Positions 35,744 through 45,200 of a stretch of DNA of 64,000 nt are shown piece after piece. The DNA is taken from IMG/VR virus record IMGVR_UViG_3300006141_000001; one strand, written 5' to 3'. This DNA is from a virus. Below the pieces are notes generated by a model. The model was not told the DNA's origin and did not search any database. It saw only the letters and a program-made list of their open reading frames with translations. The position numbers were made by a program, and so were the translations under genes. Every line of letters begins with the position of its first letter. The stretch's first letter is position 1.

Positions 35744-36976
35744 TTAATCAGCTTGCTTTATATCGTTCCTTGCCTTTCCGAATGAGTGATAAATAACGTC
35801 AAATTGCTGTTTTAAGTCCTTTACCTCGAAGCTATCAACCGATTCAAATATTCCAGGAACTTCATTGCTGTGTGTTATGGAAAGAGAAATTTTCCAGCCT
35901 TTCCCATTAGAAAAATCTTTTTGTATTCTGTTTAATAATTCAGAAACATTCATTTTCCCATAACGCATTGTCCCTTGATGTTGGTTCGGTACATTTGTCA
36001 AATCTTCCATATCTGGATTGATTTCTTCTTTTCCGCACTCATTATCAATCCTGCCCGCCCCGTGCCTTGTTAGATATGGTCTTGTGACATAACAGACTTC
36101 AACATTTGAATCTGGAAACAATCTTAAAATCATTTCCGCCGGATTCTTTAATCCGGTGTTGCTTGGTGTCAAATGAGGAAAATATTCTTTATTATTCTGG
36201 TCTAACAGAAGTCCTTGCCCTCCCTCGAAAATAATATTCTGGTATTTTTCGAGTGCGTTTGTATCTCCGCAAACCGTTACATGACTTGCCGTAAATTCCA
36301 AATCTGAAAGAAACTGTTCAATCAACCCATCAGCATTTATTATTTCTTCCCATTCTCTACTTGACCGCATTTTCAATTCGTTAAAGCGTTTTGGCAGATA
36401 TGTATGTTTTATGGCTTTGATTGCATCTTTGTTCCGCTTGCCGCAATTCTCCAATAAAACCCATGCCGGATAACCATAGTTTTCCTCATAACGTTTAATG
36501 GTTTCAAAAATCCCCATGCCACAGCTTCCATGTCGCCCATTAGAACGGTTTTCTTCCAAAATCTGATTGATTATCATATCAAATGGTGTTGTTACTCTGC
36601 ACGAAGGATTCAAATATACTGTTGGTTCATATCCTAATTTCTGCAATTCTTCCCATTCTTGTCTGAATAAAATGGGATTTACAATAAACTCCTTTGATAA
36701 ATAAGTATCTGCTCCTGCAAAAACCCCGGAACCAAAATGGTGGAACACATGGTGCGACCCCTCCGCCGTGTCTACCGTATGCCCTCTTTGTGCGCCACCG
36801 TTATGGCACACTACAATACAGTTTTCACCCCGTAGGGCGGCTTGGTGGCAAAAATAATCTGCCACCAAGCCTTTTCCTTCATCACCAAAGTTTGCACCGA
36901 TTACAACTTTGATGTTTTTCTTTACCACGAAATCATCCCTCCTGCATTTTCTTCTGTTCTTGTTTCTGTCGCCCAC
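35744..36976 (-). CDS. adenylosuccinate-synthetase-family enzyme (divergent PurA/PurZ-like)
   Basis: VVIGANFGDEGKGLVAD (GDEGKG P-loop), NGGAQRGHTV, FEGGQGLLLD and YVTRPYLTRHGAGR. These align with the PurA motifs GDEGKGK, GGHNAGHT, FEGAQGTLLD and STRVGAGPF. Confidence 0.65.
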   Translation of the reverse strand: MGDRNKNRRKCRRDDFVVKKNIKVVIGANFGDEGKGLVADYFCHQAALRGENCIVVCHNGGAQRGHTVDTAEGSHHVFHHFGSGVFAGADTYLSKEFIVNPILFRQEWEELQKLGYEPTVYLNPSCRVTTPFDMIINQILEENRSNGRHGSCGMGIFETIKRYEENYGYPAWVLLENCGKRNKDAIKAIKHTYLPKRFNELKMRSSREWEEIINADGLIEQFLSDLEFTASHVTVCGDTNALEKYQNIIFEGGQGLLLDQNNKEYFPHLTPSNTGLKNPAEMILRLFPDSNVEVCYVTRPYLTRHGAGRIDNECGKEEINPDMEDLTNVPNQHQGTMRYGKMNVSELLNRIQKDFSNGKGWKISLSITHSNEVPGIFESVDSFEVKDLKQQFDVIYHSFGKARNDIKQAD

Positions 36977-37872
36977 GTTCCTGTATTGGTTACGATGTCC
37001 ACAATGGCGTTTGCAATATTATCCATGCTTACAGTACGCAAATGATTTTCGTCAAGATATTTTCCGAATGTTTCTTTGATACCAGATTCGTGGTATCTGT
37101 ATGAAGTCTGCGAATCATTAACTGCAAGGTGGTAAATATCAAATTTTCGGCTTGCTTCTTCGTATAAATCCTTTGTTTCTACATCGCCCTGCAAATTATC
37201 ACCTGTCACTCTGGAAAGTGGAGATTTTGGCAAATAAGGATTAAGTGGCTCATCACCCATAGTAATGACAATTCCTTTCTTGCCACGGTTCCAGCAATCC
37301 AATTTTGTATGCCGCAAGCCGAAATACCATGCCACCGTATATGATTCAAAAGAGTTTCCTCCACCGCCTCCCTCGAAGTAAATCTTATCAAGCTGCTCTG
37401 CAATCCTTATATCTGATTCAAATTGTGAAGCCTGTATTGGCGCATTGTCATAGGCTAAATCCCCAATGCCCATAATCATAAATTCCACATCTGCAACCTT
37501 TTCATAAAGTCTTGTCATAACTACATTCAGCTTCTTTGCGACTTCAACTGCCGCGCCACCCATGCTACCCGTTACATCAAGTCCTAAAATAACAGGAATG
37601 GTGTTCGGGTGTTCTGTTGAATCGCAACACTCACGCATTTTATTCTTTGGGTCTAATTCTGGCGCAATCATTCTCTGTTTGAACATATCCTGTGCATGAT
37701 AATCTCCTGAAATAGACCCGTCAGTTCCTACACTCATTTTCTTTGTTGATGAATAACTTCTGAAGCTATCCCTCGTCCAACTTCCGCTTCCCATATTATT
37801 CTTCCTCGCTTTCTTCGGATTCTTCGGCATTTTCTTCTTCGTCTTCGCCGTCAAAATCAAACATTCCCTCAA
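36922..37872 (-). CDS. von Willebrand factor A domain protein
   Basis: MIDAS motif ILGLDVTGSMGG (DxSxS), plus ITMGDEP. Confidence 0.65.
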   Translation of the reverse strand: MRECLILTAKTKKKMPKNPKKARKNNMGSGSWTRDSFRSYSSTKKMSVGTDGSISGDYHAQDMFKQRMIAPELDPKNKMRECCDSTEHPNTIPVILGLDVTGSMGGAAVEVAKKLNVVMTRLYEKVADVEFMIMGIGDLAYDNAPIQASQFESDIRIAEQLDKIYFEGGGGGNSFESYTVAWYFGLRHTKLDCWNRGKKGIVITMGDEPLNPYLPKSPLSRVTGDNLQGDVETKDLYEEASRKFDIYHLAVNDSQTSYRYHESGIKETFGKYLDENHLRTVSMDNIANAIVDIVTNTGTWATETRTEENAGGMISW

Positions 37873-38395
37873 ACATATTTCCCATGCTGCCGCCCATCAT
37901 CATAAATGGAAGCATTGCACTCATTCCGGATTCTCCGCTGTTCTCATTTCCTTTCATCATTTCTGACATCATCATGTACTGCATGATTTTGTTGGTTCCT
38001 TTCTTGCCCTTAATCATGTCGCTGCCGAACATGGAAACGATTTTCCCATAGAAGTACGTATTGCCCATAAATACATGACGCTCTGGCAGAATGTTCTCCA
38101 CTGTTGAATCCTCGTAGTTGATAACCGTTAGCATATTCTTTTTGGACTCAATAACACATTTCGGCTTTCCGGCAACCAAGATAATGTCGCCAACCTCTGC
38201 TTTGTTGGTTGGAATTACAAAGAAAAATTCCTCCCCAATGTTGAATACGAAGCTATCACAGTTCGTCAGTCTTCCAGATTTTACATTGTAGCTTTTGTAG
38301 CCGTTTGCTGTCTTCACGGCAATGCCGCCACTCATTGACAACCTACACATTCCTGGCTGCACTTTCCCAAACATTCCATTTAACATATTAGTCAT
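37796..38395 (-). CDS. hypothetical protein with a Met/Gly-rich and acidic C-terminus
   Basis: C-terminal MMMSEMMKGNENSGESGMSAMLPFMMMGGSMGNMFEGMFDFDGEDEEENAEESEESEEE. Confidence 0.45.
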   Translation of the reverse strand: MTNMLNGMFGKVQPGMCRLSMSGGIAVKTANGYKSYNVKSGRLTNCDSFVFNIGEEFFFVIPTNKAEVGDIILVAGKPKCVIESKKNMLTVINYEDSTVENILPERHVFMGNTYFYGKIVSMFGSDMIKGKKGTNKIMQYMMMSEMMKGNENSGESGMSAMLPFMMMGGSMGNMFEGMFDFDGEDEEENAEESEESEEE

Positions 38396-38466
38396 CTTAA
38401 AATTCCTCCTATAAAATAAATTTTTATTATTTGCGGACTTCCCACGAAAGAAAGTCCGCTGTGTGG

Positions 38467-38682
38467 CTACCTAAAGAACAAAAGGTATATTGCGCTTGCG
38501 AAAATGCCGATTACATCAAGTAAAAGGAAAAGGATAATCGGATATCCGCTTTTTGGCAGGTAATTCCTGTTAAAGGCTGTCTTCAATGTTTCTTCTGGAT
38601 TGAATTTCAACCACGCTCTCCAAATCCAAATGTATAATGCAGTCACCATAACCGCTAAAACTGTCAATTTTACAATAATCAT
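38467..38682 (-). CDS. small membrane protein
   Basis: Two hydrophobic helices. Confidence 0.45.
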   Translation of the reverse strand: MIIVKLTVLAVMVTALYIWIWRAWLKFNPEETLKTAFNRNYLPKSGYPIILFLLLDVIGIFASAIYLLFFR

Positions 38683-38764
38683 GTTCGCCCTCCCTTAAAA
38701 CGGTGCTTTCTGTTCTTCTGCTTCCTGTTCGTCCTCAAGCCATGCCATAAGGTGTATGGGGAGG

Positions 38765-39178
38765 TTAATCTTTGCTTTGATACCTCTCGTAGTCAATCGT
38801 TTCAAATTCATCAAAGACATTCGGATAAAATATACCCATCCAAAAATCTTTCTGAATACGCTTGTTGTAAACTGCGTCTTGATTCCAGTCTTGAATTTCG
38901 TCTATGATTTCTTTGCTTAACAATCCAAGCTCGTCACGACACGCACCGCTTTCCAGTTTGTATGTAAGTGCCTTGTATTGCTCTTTCCATAACTCAACTT
39001 GTGCGTCTGCGGTACAATGTGTACTGACAATCACAATCAACATGATTGCAGCAACAATTCCGCTGATTACACCAACAATCCAACCGAATAAAGAAAGCAC
39101 ATCAAAGTCATACTCGCAAGCAACTATTCCTCCAGTAACCCCTGCAACCGTTAAAATTACAAAAATCCAAAATATCAT
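38765..39178 (-). CDS. membrane protein
   Basis: N-terminal paired TM helices (IFWIFVILTVAGVTGGIVA, WIVGVISGIVAAIMLIVIV). Confidence 0.5.
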   Translation of the reverse strand: MIFWIFVILTVAGVTGGIVACEYDFDVLSLFGWIVGVISGIVAAIMLIVIVSTHCTADAQVELWKEQYKALTYKLESGACRDELGLLSKEIIDEIQDWNQDAVYNKRIQKDFWMGIFYPNVFDEFETIDYERYQSKD

Positions 39179-39181
39179 TCC

Positions 39182-39484
39182 TCAATCCTCTCTTTCTTCA
39201 TAAATCTGCAATGTTCCGTCTGCGTTGTAGAGTGGGGTAATGCCTGTTCTGTAGCCAGATGTATTGACAAAATATTTTACTTTCGTGTCATTTGCATAGA
39301 CAATTCTATATGTTCCATAACTTCCATCTCCCCACTCGGAAATTGTAGTAAAATACCCATTTCCGAAATCACCGCTTGTATTACTTTCTGTCTGCCCTGT
39401 CGCCTCTTGATATGTAGTGCCGCACCCAACCAGGCAAATCACCATCACAACCGCCAATGCCACAATTAAAATTCGTTTCTTCAT
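39182..39484 (-). CDS. putative lipoprotein
   Basis: Signal peptide with a lipobox (MKKRILIVALAVVMVICLVGC). Confidence 0.5.
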   Translation of the reverse strand: MKKRILIVALAVVMVICLVGCGTTYQEATGQTESNTSGDFGNGYFTTISEWGDGSYGTYRIVYANDTKVKYFVNTSGYRTGITPLYNADGTLQIYEERED

Positions 39485-39789
39485 TTTAAAACCCTCCTAT
39501 TCCATAGCTTAATAACACCAGAACTTGATGAAGAATAAGTCCCGTTAATTGATGCAGTATTCATAAGACATTTAGTGCATTGAATAACAACCCCCTCATC
39601 CCCTCCTATCCTTAGTTCTTGTAAGACATTAATTTCTGCTACTCCGCCACAAAATAGACAGTTCTTTATTTCTGAATTTAACTTATAAACTCTATCCCCT
39701 AATGGGACTCTAAGGTTATCTAAATCCCATTCATTTTTTTCAATTATTTTCCTTGGAATCCAGAACTGCTGACGTAATCCATAATCCAT
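39481..39789 (-). CDS. Lar-family-like zinc-ribbon protein (putative restriction alleviation)
   Basis: CLFCGGVAEI...VIQCTKCLMNT resembles the Lar motif PCPFCGG...C..C. Confidence 0.45.
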   Translation of the reverse strand: MDYGLRQQFWIPRKIIEKNEWDLDNLRVPLGDRVYKLNSEIKNCLFCGGVAEINVLQELRIGGDEGVVIQCTKCLMNTASINGTYSSSSSGVIKLWNRRVLK

Positions 39790-39818
39790 AATTATCCCGT
39801 TTTCATCTTCCCACGCCC

Positions 39819-40013
39819 TTATCGAAAGTTTTCAGCACTCAAATTACAGCCTTCAACTTCTTGTAAAAAATCATTCATTGAAATATTCTGCGATATTCCT
39901 TGCCATTCATACCAAGGAGATACTACGCTATCATTTACTACATCCCTGAAACAAATAACATCAGGATCTCCATCATGGCAAATCCCATTCACCCCTGTAA
40001 TTGTGTAACCCAT
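39819..40013 (-). CDS. hypothetical small protein
   Basis: ORF track. Confidence 0.3.
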   Translation of the reverse strand: MGYTITGVNGICHDGDPDVICFRDVVNDSVVSPWYEWQGISQNISMNDFLQEVEGCNLSAENFR

Positions 40014-40046
40014 TCATCCCACCTCTGCTTTCAATTTTTTACATCT

Positions 40047-40676
40047 TCACTCAGCACATAAATTGGCAAATTTGATTTTTCCAAAATAAGTTAATATCTT
40101 TTCTACTTTCAACCCAACTTCTACATCCCTTATATTGGTTATAATATCTGTGATATTTGTTTCTGAAAGACTCATGACTGTATCATAATTCCCAGAATAC
40201 TTTCCATCTTCAACAATCGGTTCGCTCAATCCATAATAAAAATAAACATCTTCTTTCTCAGCATCAATACTAATTTTACTTAATTCTTTTTTTGAAATTC
40301 CATTATATACAAGCCAAGCATCAAGGGCTTTATTTGCCAGAATATATTCCCCTTGCTTATAAAAATATGGTGACAAAAACTTGTTTTTTAATATTCTTCC
40401 TACGGATTCATCACCTATTTTCACTTTATCAGAGTATAATACAATGTTTTCTCTACCAGATGAGAATCCAATAATCACCTCGCTCCAATACCCTTTTGAC
40501 TCTATAATGGTTTTTATATCTTTTTTATTTGTTATATAACATTTTGAATTGGTAATATCCTTGCATTCAGAAAAAACCCTGGCAAAAATATCATCCTGTT
40601 CTTTATATGTCATATAAAAATCTTTCCCCAACTTATCTAAAATGTCTTTTTCTTTATAGCATCTGTATTGTGTCAT
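40047..40676 (-). CDS. hypothetical protein
   Basis: ORF track. Confidence 0.45.
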   Translation of the reverse strand: MTQYRCYKEKDILDKLGKDFYMTYKEQDDIFARVFSECKDITNSKCYITNKKDIKTIIESKGYWSEVIIGFSSGRENIVLYSDKVKIGDESVGRILKNKFLSPYFYKQGEYILANKALDAWLVYNGISKKELSKISIDAEKEDVYFYYGLSEPIVEDGKYSGNYDTVMSLSETNITDIITNIRDVEVGLKVEKILTYFGKIKFANLCAE

Positions 40677-41200
40677 GGCTTGTCAACTCCTTCCAATATT
40701 TCATTTAGAGTCTTTGGCATAAATCCAATTATATCCACTCCCACATTATAAGCATTCTTAATTTTTGATATATATTGATTAGTGCTATTCTCAAAATTGT
40801 TGTGGATATGTCCATAAAAATGCAATGTATTTCTATAATACCCATCCCACTCCACCATAGGATAATGACAGCATATAATCCGTTTTCCACTGTCATTGAC
40901 CGTTTTTATAAAAGTAACTGATGAGAAATACTTTTCATACTTCTTATTGCTTAATAATTTATTGTCATGGTTCCCTATAATCAAATGTTTCTTCCCTTTC
41001 AATTTTTTAAGGTATGAAATAGGGTCTTGACTTTTATATGCAAAATCTCCTAAGATATAAATATTATCACTGTCTGTTACTCTATTATTCCAATTTTCGA
41101 TAATTGCTTTATCCATTTCTTTTATTGATTCAAATGGTCTTTTTGATAATTTAAGGATATTTTCATGTCCAAAATGAGTATCTGCAATATAATAATTCAT
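40673..41200 (-). CDS. calcineurin-like metallophosphoesterase
   Basis: IADTHFGH, ILGDFAY, GNHDN and GHIH motifs. Confidence 0.75.
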   Translation of the reverse strand: MNYYIADTHFGHENILKLSKRPFESIKEMDKAIIENWNNRVTDSDNIYILGDFAYKSQDPISYLKKLKGKKHLIIGNHDNKLLSNKKYEKYFSSVTFIKTVNDSGKRIICCHYPMVEWDGYYRNTLHFYGHIHNNFENSTNQYISKIKNAYNVGVDIIGFMPKTLNEILEGVDKP

Positions 41201-41246
41201 ACAATCTCCAATCTAATATAAAATTACAATCGTCCTGTCTCTTTTA

Positions 41247-42032
41247 TTAAGAAACAAGACCAACTCCAATGCCAGGATTAAAACTTGGCATAAGCTGTAA
41301 TTTGAATAAGTTTTTCTTATGCATTGTATCAATTTTCTTTTTTACTTCTTGGTCTTCAATTTCACCTGTACGGATGTATCTATCCAACACCTCATAAGTA
41401 AAGCCAAAATTCTCTTCATCTGTCTTTCCGCAAAGCCCATCAGATGGTGTTTTATCAATTAATTTGTCTGGTAACCCCAACACTCTCCCAATCTGTTTAA
41501 TTTCTGTAACCGTAAGGTTAGAAAGCGGACTAAAATCTCCAACTGAATCCCCATACCTCGTACTATATCCTATCCAATCCTCTGACAAATTACATGTATT
41601 TGCCACCCTACCATCCATACTTTGGCTTACAGCATATAAAGTTGCCATACGGATACGAGCAGGAAGATTAATTTCTGCCTGTTCTGTCAAACTATCATTA
41701 TCATCAAAAGCATTGAGAATATCATACTTTAAAGTATTCAAAGTATGTCCAATCGGAACTAAAGCAAAATTAATTCCAAGATACCTGCATAATAAATAAC
41801 TACAGTCAATATCTGTCTGAAGTCCATTTGGCATAAGAACGCCAAACACTCTATCTTTACCAAGTGCCTCTGCACATAGGGCAGCTACTACAGAACTATC
41901 TTTTCCACCTGAAATTCCAATTACTGCTTTACAACCCTTGCCATTATCCTCAAAGCATCCTTTAATCCAATTTACGCATTTATTCTTTACTTCTACTGCG
42001 TTAAAATCATCTATCATTGTCCTAACCTCCAA
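41247..42032 (-). CDS. nadE: NH3-dependent NAD+ synthetase
   Basis: PP-loop VIGISGGKDSSVVAAL. Length and architecture match NadE. Confidence 0.75.
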   Translation of the reverse strand: MEVRTMIDDFNAVEVKNKCVNWIKGCFEDNGKGCKAVIGISGGKDSSVVAALCAEALGKDRVFGVLMPNGLQTDIDCSYLLCRYLGINFALVPIGHTLNTLKYDILNAFDDNDSLTEQAEINLPARIRMATLYAVSQSMDGRVANTCNLSEDWIGYSTRYGDSVGDFSPLSNLTVTEIKQIGRVLGLPDKLIDKTPSDGLCGKTDEENFGFTYEVLDRYIRTGEIEDQEVKKKIDTMHKKNLFKLQLMPSFNPGIGVGLVS

Positions 42033-42228
42033 TCATCAAACATATAGATTTGCTTCTGGCAATATTGAAATATCCATTTTTTTCCTGTAGGCTTACAAGT
42101 TACAATGTCTAATTCAATGCATATAAAAAATATTGGGATTCAATTGTAATCAAATAATATTTATTCCAAATACAATTCTTCTCATTCGATAATAAAGCAC
42201 AATTCTTTGTCCATTACATCACCTCAAT

Positions 42229-42855
42229 TCAAAATCCACTTTTGCGATAAACGTTATCTGTGTTTTCCAGATACTCAAAAACACATTCTGGGACATAATC
42301 CTTAACCGAGCCTAACTGGTTATTGACATACGCCTCCCTTATCTGTGTCGATGATACTTCTTGATATGCCCCTTCAATATATCTAAAATTACCATTATAT
42401 TGCATTAATGATTCATGTAATTTCCCATTGTCATTATTCCTAGTAATCACCAAAAACCTATTATCCCTAACTACCTCTTCTGCTTTATACCATCTGTGGA
42501 TTTCACAAAGTTTGTCTGCCCCAATGCATATAATAGGATCCATTTTTCTATAATACTGGATTGTATTATATGTTTTGCCATCTACTGTCCCATTTATCTC
42601 AATGTTCGATACATGAAAACCGAATTTTTTCACTGCCTCATGTAATAGCAGGAATCTCTTATCTCCATCCAATACCATCCCATCTCCGTACTTTTTCCAG
42701 TCTTTTAAAAATTTATCATTAGATGGAACAAAAACAATATTAGCTGATGGATATACCATCTTGCAACAAATGCCCATATTTATATGGGCATTTGTCACAG
42801 GATTAAAAGCACCAAAAATCAATACTGACTTATTCATACTGCAATCTCCAGTCAA
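42229..42855 (-). CDS. nadD: nicotinate/nicotinamide mononucleotide adenylyltransferase (NadD/NMNAT family)
   Basis: LIFGAFNPVTNAH ((H/T)xGH motif), ICIGADKL, VSSTQIREAY (ISSTxIR) and VPECVFEYL. Confidence 0.65.
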   Translation of the reverse strand: MTGDCSMNKSVLIFGAFNPVTNAHINMGICCKMVYPSANIVFVPSNDKFLKDWKKYGDGMVLDGDKRFLLLHEAVKKFGFHVSNIEINGTVDGKTYNTIQYYRKMDPIICIGADKLCEIHRWYKAEEVVRDNRFLVITRNNDNGKLHESLMQYNGNFRYIEGAYQEVSSTQIREAYVNNQLGSVKDYVPECVFEYLENTDNVYRKSGF

Positions 42856-44035
42856 TACATCTCTGCAAATAGTTTACATAATCGAGGTTCTTGCAAATTC
42901 CTTTCCCAACATCATCTGAAATCTTTGCCACATCTTGTCCATTACATTTTGTAACTTTCATGACAATATTCAACGGCTCCACATCCGTATCATTAGAAAT
43001 ATAAGTCCCTATCCCAAACGCAATCTTTGCCCTTTCTTTAAAATAATGATAGATTTTATCTGCTTTTTCAAAGTTTAAACTGTCACTAAAAAGCAATGTC
43101 TTACTCCTTGGGTCTATCCCTAGATCTTTATAATGGTTAATTATTTTTTCTCCCCATTCATACGGACTGCCACTATCATGTCTCACACCACTGAATAAAG
43201 TGGCATAAGTAAGGTTAAAATCTTTCAAAAAACAATCTGTCCCAATGGTATCTGTAAGAGCCGTCCCATTAAGGATCCCATATTCTCTTACCCAAGCTTC
43301 CATCGCATACCAATTCGAATAAGCAGGATTATGCTTATGGTTCCCTTGGCCTACACACATAATAAACTCATGCGCTTGGGTTCCTGTGGGCATTAAATTA
43401 TACTTCATTGCCAAATAAACGTTAGAAGTCCCAACAAAAACTGAGCAGCAATATTTGATTCCAGATAACTTTTGCACTGCCATTTCTTGAGCTTCGGCAG
43501 AAAGCCTGCGCCTAAGTCCAAATTCACTAAAAGAAGAGAGATAATACCTTCCTTGATATATTCCTAGCCATTCCGCTTTCTCCTCCAATTTTTCTGTAAA
43601 CACTTCCATCAAATGTCTATAATTATGTGCCATTTTAAAATACACTTCATTTACTATTGCTAAAACCGGGATCTCATACATACTTGTGTTAAGCCATGTA
43701 CCTTTAGTTTCAATCACCAGACCACATTTTGAATTAACTGTTATATCAAAATCCTCAAAACGTGGCTGCCATAAACGCAAAAAATCCACATAATTTCCCT
43801 TAATCCAACGAATATTTTTTAAATATTGAAGCTCCTGTTCAGTAAACTTAAGGCTACAATACAATTTAATTTGGCGCTTAATCTCTTGAACCATTTCAGG
43901 CGTAAAAAATATATCTTTATTACGGCATTTAAACGTCCAAGTAGTTTTATAGTCCGAAAATTGATGAAGAATGACTTGCCCCATACTAAATTTGTATAAA
44001 TCATTCTCCAATAAACTATTAATAATCCTATCCAT
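42830..44035 (-). CDS. pncB: nicotinate phosphoribosyltransferase
   Basis: LLENDLYKFSMGQ (compare E. coli PncB LLDTDAYKLHMQQ), GTQAHE, GVRHDSGSPYEWGEK and LNIVMKVTKCNGQDVAKISD. Confidence 0.8.
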   Translation of the reverse strand: MDRIINSLLENDLYKFSMGQVILHQFSDYKTTWTFKCRNKDIFFTPEMVQEIKRQIKLYCSLKFTEQELQYLKNIRWIKGNYVDFLRLWQPRFEDFDITVNSKCGLVIETKGTWLNTSMYEIPVLAIVNEVYFKMAHNYRHLMEVFTEKLEEKAEWLGIYQGRYYLSSFSEFGLRRRLSAEAQEMAVQKLSGIKYCCSVFVGTSNVYLAMKYNLMPTGTQAHEFIMCVGQGNHKHNPAYSNWYAMEAWVREYGILNGTALTDTIGTDCFLKDFNLTYATLFSGVRHDSGSPYEWGEKIINHYKDLGIDPRSKTLLFSDSLNFEKADKIYHYFKERAKIAFGIGTYISNDTDVEPLNIVMKVTKCNGQDVAKISDDVGKGICKNLDYVNYLQRCIDWRLQYE

Positions 44036-44038
44036 ATT

Positions 44039-44581
44039 TCATTCTCCAACTTTCTTTAATCTATTAAAGGCGTTGTTGTCTTCATTCATTATTTTTAACA
44101 TCCATGTATTGATAAAATTTTTGTCATTTACATGCATAGCCATAGGTTTACTCATCCTATTTTTCCACCACATATATTCTTTTTCATATGTAAAATCCTT
44201 ACCGTAATATGCCCTTCCTGCCCCAAGAAAATCGCATAACATTTCTTTTTTATACTTCAATGGCATCTCAATGGCTATTCCGCCATCATCAAAATTATCC
44301 TGCCAGTACTCATAGTGATGCTTATTCCTCCCCTTATGATGCATCCACGCCTTTGACCAGCCATTCTCTTTTTTACAAGCATCAATAGGGCTGGAATTTC
44401 CTTGATAATATTTCACACCCTCCCAAAATTCTACAGAAGAAAATTTTGACATATCATGGAATAGTCCTTGTAAAGGGATTCCCATCTTCCAACAATAGTA
44501 AAATACCCAATATTTATGGACGCAGACCTTCTTAAAATGCTTAAAAATATTCACAATTTTAATCATCCTAATTCTTCCCAC
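44039..44581 (-). CDS. HD-like metal-dependent hydrolase of unknown function, embedded in the NAD module
   Basis: Ordered H / HD / H..H / D pattern: CVHKYW, LFHDMSKF, WMHHKGRNKHHYEYW and DDGGIAIE. Confidence 0.4.
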   Translation of the reverse strand: MGRIRMIKIVNIFKHFKKVCVHKYWVFYYCWKMGIPLQGLFHDMSKFSSVEFWEGVKYYQGNSSPIDACKKENGWSKAWMHHKGRNKHHYEYWQDNFDDGGIAIEMPLKYKKEMLCDFLGAGRAYYGKDFTYEKEYMWWKNRMSKPMAMHVNDKNFINTWMLKIMNEDNNAFNRLKKVGE

Positions 44582-45117
44582 ACCGTTTTTTTATTTACAT
44601 GGATTTGACACATTTTCATAGTCAGCAATGCTGCTTTATGCGCATCCGGAGAAGTGCCTGCACAACAATCCACATCTACAGAAATTTCAATATCTGGGAA
44701 ATTTGCCTTCAACAGCAAAGCGTTTGATACAACACATATGTCCGTACATAATCCAACAATTTCAATTTCTAACCTCTCTTTTCTATCCAAGATCCTTCTT
44801 ATTTCATTTATAAGGCGGGTTGATCCAAACGTTCTTTTCTCAATAATTTTATAATCCTTTCCCACTAATACATCACGGACATCCTTATTCAAAACCCATC
44901 CGTTAGTCATTCTAATACAATGGGCAACTGGTAAATGCTTCCCTTCAAAAGTTTCTAAATAATTGTCATCATGTGTATCCAATGTTGCAAAAATCTTCCC
45001 ATCAAACCCTTTTATTTTATCTACTACATTTCCAACAATGTCTTTTGCTTCCTTTGTTCCGAGTGAGCCGTCAATAAAATCATTTTGCATATCAACCACA
45101 ACCAAAATACTACTCAT
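44563..45117 (-). CDS. pncA: isochorismatase-fold nicotinamidase (PncA-like)
   Basis: N-terminal LVVVDMQNDF signature and Cys in VGLCTDICV. Confidence 0.65.
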   Translation of the reverse strand: MSSILVVVDMQNDFIDGSLGTKEAKDIVGNVVDKIKGFDGKIFATLDTHDDNYLETFEGKHLPVAHCIRMTNGWVLNKDVRDVLVGKDYKIIEKRTFGSTRLINEIRRILDRKERLEIEIVGLCTDICVVSNALLLKANFPDIEISVDVDCCAGTSPDAHKAALLTMKMCQIHVNKKTVWEELG

Positions 45118-45200
45118 AATCTATACCTCCATATTTTACTCATTAATCTCTTTCTCAAATAATCTTTTTTAAATTCACAATCACAAAGCAGTTTTTCTCT

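Noticed and set aside
35744-36976. Claiming a 2-aminoadenine (Z-genome) pathway from the PurA-like gene.
   Set aside because: No MazZ (MazG-like), DatZ or DpoZ genes are adjacent or recognisable in the window. PurZ cannot be told apart from a divergent PurA by motifs alone. I kept it only as a hypothesis.
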